38,635 nt of DNA from a virus (taxonomy: Duplodnaviria; Caudoviricetes). The notes under the pieces were generated by a model, which saw only the letters and a program-made list of their open reading frames with translations, was not told the origin of the DNA and did no database searches. The DNA lies in IMG/VR virus record IMGVR_UViG_3300012948_000008, positions 1 through 38,635 of that record, one strand, 5' to 3'. A program made the position numbers and the translations under genes. Positions 34,052-38,635 of the stretch are shown piece after piece; within the stretch, counting starts at the first letter, position 1, and the number at the start of each line of letters is the position of its first letter.

Positions 34052-34822
34052 ATGGCCCGCACTGAATTTGACAGCGACGACAAAACTTTGATCGGCGTGA
34101 TTCAACGCGCCGTAGAAACCGACACGATCTCGATCGATGGCGTCGAGTTTATAACGCGCCCGGTTTTTCATCCGCCCGCGCCCGGCCTGGCCGCGGCCCT
34201 GGTAACTCATACGTTGCAGAGTGTGATCGATTATCTCGCGGGCGATCGCCGTTTCGATCAAGTCGTGCCGCAAAGCGCGAGCGATCCCGGCCTGGCCGTG
34301 CATGTCGTCTCGCCGGTCGAGGTGCAGATCGTCGGGCAACTCGAAGAGCGATCCCGCTTGCGCGAGGTTTTGCTCGCGGCGCGTTGCGTCGAGGTGATCG
34401 GCCGCACGTTCGCCTTTGGCCGGTTTTATCCGCTCGATGAGTTTGTGATCTCTTTGCGCTCGCTCTTTTTTGAGACTGACGACGTTAACACTTTGATCCG
34501 CATTCTCGGGCGCGTCGAGGATTCGAGTGTGAAGCAATTCGACGACGACGGCGTAAGTCAGTCAGTCACGGCAACCGTGGGGATCACGACTAAGCGCGAC
34601 GTGACCGTGCCCGCCGTCGTGATGCTGATGCCGTTTCGCACGTTTCCCGAAATTATTCAGCCGCCAAGCGAGTTTTTCTTGCGCTTGCGTTCGGGCGGCG
34701 AGGATGAGCCGCCGCAAGCCGCGCTCTTCGAGACTGACGGCGGCAAGTGGCAGATCGTCGCGATCGACGAGATCAAAGAGTTTCTAACCGGCAAAGTCGG
34801 CGACGTGCCGATCATTGCCTGA
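34052..34822 (+). CDS. Conserved phage protein, usual partner of the preceding gene
   Basis: TL..V.DY, DDGVSQ.VT, L.PFRTF.E..QP.S.F..R, LFE.DGG.W. Confidence 0.75.
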   Translation: MARTEFDSDDKTLIGVIQRAVETDTISIDGVEFITRPVFHPPAPGLAAALVTHTLQSVIDYLAGDRRFDQVVPQSASDPGLAVHVVSPVEVQIVGQLEERSRLREVLLAARCVEVIGRTFAFGRFYPLDEFVISLRSLFFETDDVNTLIRILGRVEDSSVKQFDDDGVSQSVTATVGITTKRDVTVPAVVMLMPFRTFPEIIQPPSEFFLRLRSGGEDEPPQAALFETDGGKWQIVAIDEIKEFLTGKVGDVPIIA

Positions 34823-34835
34823 GCTCGGGGCGCGC

Positions 34836-35207
34836 ATGAATCCACAAGGGCACGATCAACGATCGCTTTTTGAGGCCGGGACCGAGGCCGCACAAGACCG
34901 GCGCGATCGCGGCATGGCTCGGGCCGTCGATCACGCCGATCGCGTCGAGCCGAAATGGAGCTCGAAAGCCGAGGCCTACGTCGTGCGCGTGCTCGATGAG
35001 TGGGGCCCGCATCGGCGTTTTCTGGCCGAAGAGTTAGTTGCCAAGGCCGAGCGCGAGGGCGTGCTCAGTGATCCGCCGGATCGCCGCGCCTGGGGGGCCG
35101 TGATCGTGAGACTGGCAAAGCGCGGCGTGATCGAGCATTGCGGTTTTGCTCGGGCGCGCACGAGCAACCAAGGGCCCAAGTCGGTTTGGCAAAAGCGGGC
35201 GGCATGA
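34836..35207 (+). CDS. Conserved phage hypothetical protein, winged-helix-like
   Basis: RD.GM.RA..HA, D.RAWGAV...A..G.I. Confidence 0.7.
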   Translation: MNPQGHDQRSLFEAGTEAAQDRRDRGMARAVDHADRVEPKWSSKAEAYVVRVLDEWGPHRRFLAEELVAKAEREGVLSDPPDRRAWGAVIVRLAKRGVIEHCGFARARTSNQGPKSVWQKRAA

Positions 35208-35476
35208 TGGCGAGGGGCGGCGGGAGTTGGCGCGATATCGCGCGGCCGATCATTCAAAGCGCTTTGCTGGCAAGCGCGGGCAAGCCCGAGGCCGAGATCA
35301 AGCGGGCGCTCTTCGCCGCGTATCCGTTTCACGAGCGCCGATACTGGCCCTATAAAGTTTGGCTCGATGAGATCAAGATCCAACGGGGCCAAAAGCGCGC
35401 GAGCTTTCAAGCCAAAGCGAACGCGCCGCCGGATCCGCGTCAGATCAAACTATTCGACGAAAGGGGCAAACGATGA
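35204..35476 (+). CDS. Conserved phage hypothetical protein
   Basis: AYPF.ER..WPYK.WLDE; ATGA-coupled. Confidence 0.7.
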   Translation: MMARGGGSWRDIARPIIQSALLASAGKPEAEIKRALFAAYPFHERRYWPYKVWLDEIKIQRGQKRASFQAKANAPPDPRQIKLFDERGKR

Positions 35477-36066
35477 TCAAAGCAAAACTAGAGACGATCC
35501 CGCGCGCGTTACTCATCGCGCGCGATGCTGAGACGCAATACACGGCCGACGATCTCGCGATCCTGGCGGCCGACATAAGGGCCGAGGGTTTGCGCGAGCC
35601 CTTGCTCGTGCGGCCCTTGCCCGCGGCCAGCGGCGTCGAGGGCTTCGAGGTGATCGTCGGCAAGCGCCGCTTGCGCGCCTGTGAGGCGGCCGAGCTCGAC
35701 GAGATCCCTTGTATGGTCGCCACGATCGACGACGACGCGCTCGCTAAAGCCGAGGCCGAATACCGCACGAAGCGCGAACGATGGATCGTGCTCTTTCCGC
35801 ATGTGCGCGCCGCGATGCTGGCCAAGTCGGCCAAACTGACAAAGCTCTCGCCGCCGCTTTTGCAAACTCTCGCCGTCGAGCTTGGCTTGCCGAAAAAGAT
35901 CAAAGCGGCCGAGCTTGGGCCCGCCCTGGCCGCGAGTCGGATCCGCGACGAGCTCAACGCGGCCGCGAATTCATACTTTGCCGAAGAGCGGATCGCGCCC
36001 TGGGCCAAGGGCCTCGGGATTGATATCAAAGCGATCGAGAAAAGAGAGAAAGCGAAGCGCCGATGA
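35473..36066 (+). CDS. ParB N-terminal domain protein
   Basis: LAADI..EGL.EPL.VRP, FEVI.G.RRLRA...A....IPC. Confidence 0.85.
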   Translation: MIKAKLETIPRALLIARDAETQYTADDLAILAADIRAEGLREPLLVRPLPAASGVEGFEVIVGKRRLRACEAAELDEIPCMVATIDDDALAKAEAEYRTKRERWIVLFPHVRAAMLAKSAKLTKLSPPLLQTLAVELGLPKKIKAAELGPALAASRIRDELNAAANSYFAEERIAPWAKGLGIDIKAIEKREKAKRR

Positions 36067-36425
36067 GTCGCATGGGCCAAGCCAAAGCCGCGCGCTTATT
36101 CGGCCGGATCGAAATGACCGAGGAAGAGCTCGGCGAAAATATTCGCGACGCTTGCGAGGCGTTCGGGTGGCGTTGTCTTTGGCTTCGCAAAACTTTTCAC
36201 TCAAGCGCGGGCATTCTCGACATGCTCTTGATTCCGTTACGTGGCTTCGAGCATCGACGCATCTTGCATCGCGAGTTGAAAGGCTACAACGCCCGCGGCG
36301 AGCTCGGGACGTTGACGATCGATCAGCAACAAACAATATGGGATATCAACGCCGCGGGAGGTGACGCGGCGATGTGGGGGCCGCGAGACTGGCAGAGCGG
36401 CAAAATCATCAACGAGTTGCGATGA
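36063..36425 (+). CDS. VRR-NUC (PD-(D/E)XK) nuclease, resolvase-like
   Basis: MTE.EL...I, G..D, RELK, G.L...QQ, W.P.DW. Confidence 0.8.
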   Translation: MSRMGQAKAARLFGRIEMTEEELGENIRDACEAFGWRCLWLRKTFHSSAGILDMLLIPLRGFEHRRILHRELKGYNARGELGTLTIDQQQTIWDINAAGGDAAMWGPRDWQSGKIINELR

Positions 36426-36571
36426 GTGGGCCCGTGTTACAATTGCGATCCTCACAACCGCATCGATCGGCTTTCCAGCAAAAGACCGCTCGATCAAAGC
36501 CGCGAAGCCGGATCTTTATTGATAGGCTTCGCGGCTTCGTGCTTTGGGCCCGGGCCGTATGAATTCACGCA

Positions 36572-37036
36572 ATGATGGCTCGGCGGGCATTATCGAAACG
36601 ATCTCGTTTTCGCGACGCGAAGCGCAGCGCCGCGGATCTCGACGCGCTCATTCTGGCGCGCGAGCTCGACGCACTCTCGGCCCGCTTTCCGCGCTTCTCA
36701 TTCTCGATCAATTCACTCTCTTATCGCGTGCGCTTTCAACTTCGATCGACCAAAGAAAAACAAAAGCTCATCAAGCGCGCGCTTACCAGTTTCGATCGCC
36801 TGGGCCTCGATGAGATTCGCGACGAGACGGGCCTCGATCGGGCGGCGGTGATCGAATGCCTGGCCCCGATGATTAGAGCGAAAGAGATCGAGCTTTGCTT
36901 GCGCGACGGCGCACGCTATCGCCCGCCCGTAAGCGCCCGCCTCGACGAGCTCGGGCGGCCGATCGACTCGCTCGACCGGCGCAACGCGGGCAACTTCGGC
37001 GCGCTCTACTTTCGCTTAACCGCGCGCGAGGATTGA
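36572..37036 (+). CDS. Hypothetical HTH-containing protein (late activator candidate)
   Basis: LDEIRDETGLDRAAV..CL; lies near the end of the early operon; start uncertain. Confidence 0.55.
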   Translation: MMARRALSKRSRFRDAKRSAADLDALILARELDALSARFPRFSFSINSLSYRVRFQLRSTKEKQKLIKRALTSFDRLGLDEIRDETGLDRAAVIECLAPMIRAKEIELCLRDGARYRPPVSARLDELGRPIDSLDRRNAGNFGALYFRLTARED

Positions 37037-37041
37037 TCACG

Positions 37042-37302
37042 ATGGCCAAAGTTAAGATCAAACTAAAGCAAACCGACACGGCCGACGAGGCAACACTCGA
37101 AGCGAACGGATCGCCCGAATGGATCAAAGAGATCATTCCGTTGATCGCTTACGTCGTTGGCGCGATCGTCAAGTCGCGCGGCATCGAGCCCGGCAATATC
37201 GCCCGGGCCGGTAACGAGCTCAACGAGGCCTTTTATGCCGCGACGCGCGGCGAAGAATACAACGGCGAGATCGTGACTGTGACGATCGAGGACCAAGGCT
37301 AG
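37042..37302 (+). CDS. Hypothetical protein
   Basis: GAGGA RBS; its TAG stop lies within the first units of the repeat array. Confidence 0.7.
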   Translation: MAKVKIKLKQTDTADEATLEANGSPEWIKEIIPLIAYVVGAIVKSRGIEPGNIARAGNELNEAFYAATRGEEYNGEIVTVTIEDQG

Positions 37303-37577
37303 GCATGCCAAGGCACGGCGACGCACGCCGAGGCGGGGCGAGGCATGGCATGGCAAGGCCGGGCGGGCTTGGGCATGGCGTGGCGATGCGGGGCGAGGCA
37401 AGGCGAGACTCGGCAAGGCGGGGTTGGGCGAGGCCGGGCATGGCCCGCCGAGGCGAGGCGAGGCGACGGCGGGGCAAGGCGCGGCGGGGCCCGGCATGGT
37501 TGGGCGAGGTAAGGCCGGGCGAGGCGGGGCAAGGCCTGGCGTGGCGGGGTGAGGCACGGCCGGGCAAGGCAAGGCAA
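37297..37577 (+). repeat. GGY-NN pentamer array 1 (candidate guide RNA)
   Basis: 56 five-nt units by hand count, 49 starting GGC/GGT; one +1 register slip at 37467. Confidence 0.9.
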
Positions 37578-37602
37578 TCAAAAGCGAAAGGATCAAAAAC
37601 TT

Positions 37603-38175
37603 ATGACAACCAAAGCGATCAAAACGACGATCAAGGGCATTAGTCCGCTCTTGATGCACGCTTTCCCGTTAGTGGCGATCGAGGCGCTCGAAAAGAAACC
37701 GGCCGAGGTGCAAGCCGAGCATGCGGCGTACCGTATGCCGATCTCTAATGGCGACGTCGGCACGCGGGCCGCGGGCTTCACGCAACCTAATCTTTACATA
37801 CCCGGGATCTGTGTACAGCGGGCGCTCATCGCCGCGGCCACGTACAGCAAGGGCAAGGGCCGGGCCTCGTTGCAAAAGCCCGCGGCCGCTTGCTTACTCA
37901 TCGCGCCCGAGTATCTCGATCTCGGCGTGACCACCTACACGATCGACTCGCGGCCGGTTGTCGTGCCCGCCACGAAAGGGCGGATCATTCGACACCGGCC
38001 GCGCCTCGATGAGTGGCAAGTCACTTTCGATCTTGAGTATGACGATACGTTACTCAAAGCAACCGAGGTAAGAGCGATCGTCGACAACGCGGGATCGCGC
38101 GTTGGCTTGCTCGACTTTCGCCCCGAGAAGAAAGGGCCTTTCGGTCGCTTTATGATCATTGAGTGGACCGAATAA
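37603..38175 (+). CDS. Solitary RAMP/Cas7-like protein (Vipr-like effector), 190 aa
   Basis: GAAAGGA RBS; first strand plus SPLLMH; LYIPG..V..AL; C-terminal Gly-rich loop G..VGL.DFRP...GPFGRF; flanked by GGY-NN arrays. Confidence 0.75.
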   Translation: MTTKAIKTTIKGISPLLMHAFPLVAIEALEKKPAEVQAEHAAYRMPISNGDVGTRAAGFTQPNLYIPGICVQRALIAAATYSKGKGRASLQKPAAACLLIAPEYLDLGVTTYTIDSRPVVVPATKGRIIRHRPRLDEWQVTFDLEYDDTLLKATEVRAIVDNAGSRVGLLDFRPEKKGPFGRFMIIEWTE

Positions 38176-38532
38176 GCCGAGACGAGGTTAGGCCTCGCAA
38201 GGCCGGGCGCGGCGAGGCCGGGCAAGGTGTGGCAAGGCCGGGTATGGCGTGGCAAGGCTCGGCCGGGCGTGGCTTTGTACGGTGAGGCATGGCGAGGCTA
38301 GGCAGAAGCTCGGCGCGGCAAGGCAAGGCCGGGCAAGGCATGGCCGGGCACGGCCTGGCGAGGTAGACCGTGGCTTGGCTCGGCGTGGCAAGGTTAGGCA
38401 AGCAAGGGCGAGGCCGGGCGGGGCAAGGCCCGGCATGGCAAGGCGAGGCCCGGTTAGGTTGGGCTCGGCGTGGCGATGGCAAGGCGGGGCGGGGCGATGC
38501 CTGGCTTGGCATGGTCAGGCAAGGCGAGGCAA
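38176..38532 (+). repeat. GGY-NN pentamer array 2 (candidate guide RNA)
   Basis: 71 five-nt units by hand count, 63 starting GGC/GGT; +1 slips at 38306 and 38477; starts at the first base after the stop codon. Confidence 0.9.
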
Positions 38533-38591
38533 GGGAGCAACACGGCCCAATGGGGCACGGCGCGGCGTACGTTAATTGCGCGCCCGCGATC

Positions 38592-38633
38592 GGGTCCTTG
38601 CCCAAGACTTACGGCCCGAGCGGGTAACGTGCA
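38592..38633 (+). other. Lambda-like cos site: cosQ GGGTCCT and predicted 12-nt cohesive end GGGTAACGTGCA
   Basis: GGGTCCT at 38592-38598, 23-nt spacer, GGG-start 12-mer at 38622-38633 coinciding with the contig ends; gpA-type terminase. Confidence 0.75.
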
Positions 38634-38635
38634 AC

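Larger units (their letters stand above)
1..38635. mobile_element. Complete temperate tailed phage genome (lambda-like cos packaging, siphovirus-type tail)
   Basis: Packaging, head, tail, lysin, integrase/attP, regulatory and replication modules are all present; 13-bp terminal overlap (1-13 = 38623-38635); no host housekeeping genes. Confidence 0.95.

Noticed and set aside
37549-37602. Upstream start for the Cas7-like ORF
   Set aside because: Lies inside the array; ATG 37603 has a clear RBS
37063-37659. ORFs across array 1 (PCLA/ARRG-rich translations on both strands)
   Set aside because: Several overlapping frames stay open only because the GGYNN repeat rarely creates stops; the 5-nt period and +1 slip are inconsistent with codon-level selection
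37297-38532. Classical CRISPR array or simple microsatellite
   Set aside because: No 25-45-bp repeats with spacers and no cas1/cas2; the variable positions are non-periodic and not homogenised as in slippage repeats
38156-38627. ORFs across array 2
   Set aside because: Same artefact; no RBS and low-complexity products
1-38635. Genome-wide TGA reassignment
   Set aside because: Many genes end in TGA with ATGA-coupled downstream starts, so TGA is a normal stop; readthrough at 29364 would have to be site-specific

Overview
The window is an apparently complete temperate siphophage genome (38,622 bp non-redundant; bases 1-13 repeat at 38623-38635), opened at a lambda-like cos site. Gene order: lambda-type packaging (Nu1-like, gpA, gpW, gpB portal), a small inverted accessory cassette, fused prohead protease-major capsid, head-tail and tail genes, tape measure, GH25 lysin, two paralogous distal-tail-like genes, a long fibre with an S74 chaperone, a tail-tip protein, attP with a tyrosine integrase, leftward early genes, a divergent pair of ribbon-helix-helix regulators, and rightward early/replication genes. 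The standout is at the right end: a solitary 190-aa RAMP/Cas7-like gene (37603-38175) flanked by two non-coding arrays of 5-nt GGY-NN units (56 and 71 units), with a constant GGY triplet and a variable dinucleotide. This looks like a CRISPR-independent RNA-guided system (VIPR-like). Other notable signals are a small gene with an in-frame TGA followed by a SECIS-like hairpin, a candidate late sRNA complementary to the start regions of three genes, two families of triplicated promoters, an Acb2/Tad1-like protein, a likely ACG start codon and a non-canonical tail-chaperone frameshift. All family assignments are from motif recognition by eye; no searches were run.
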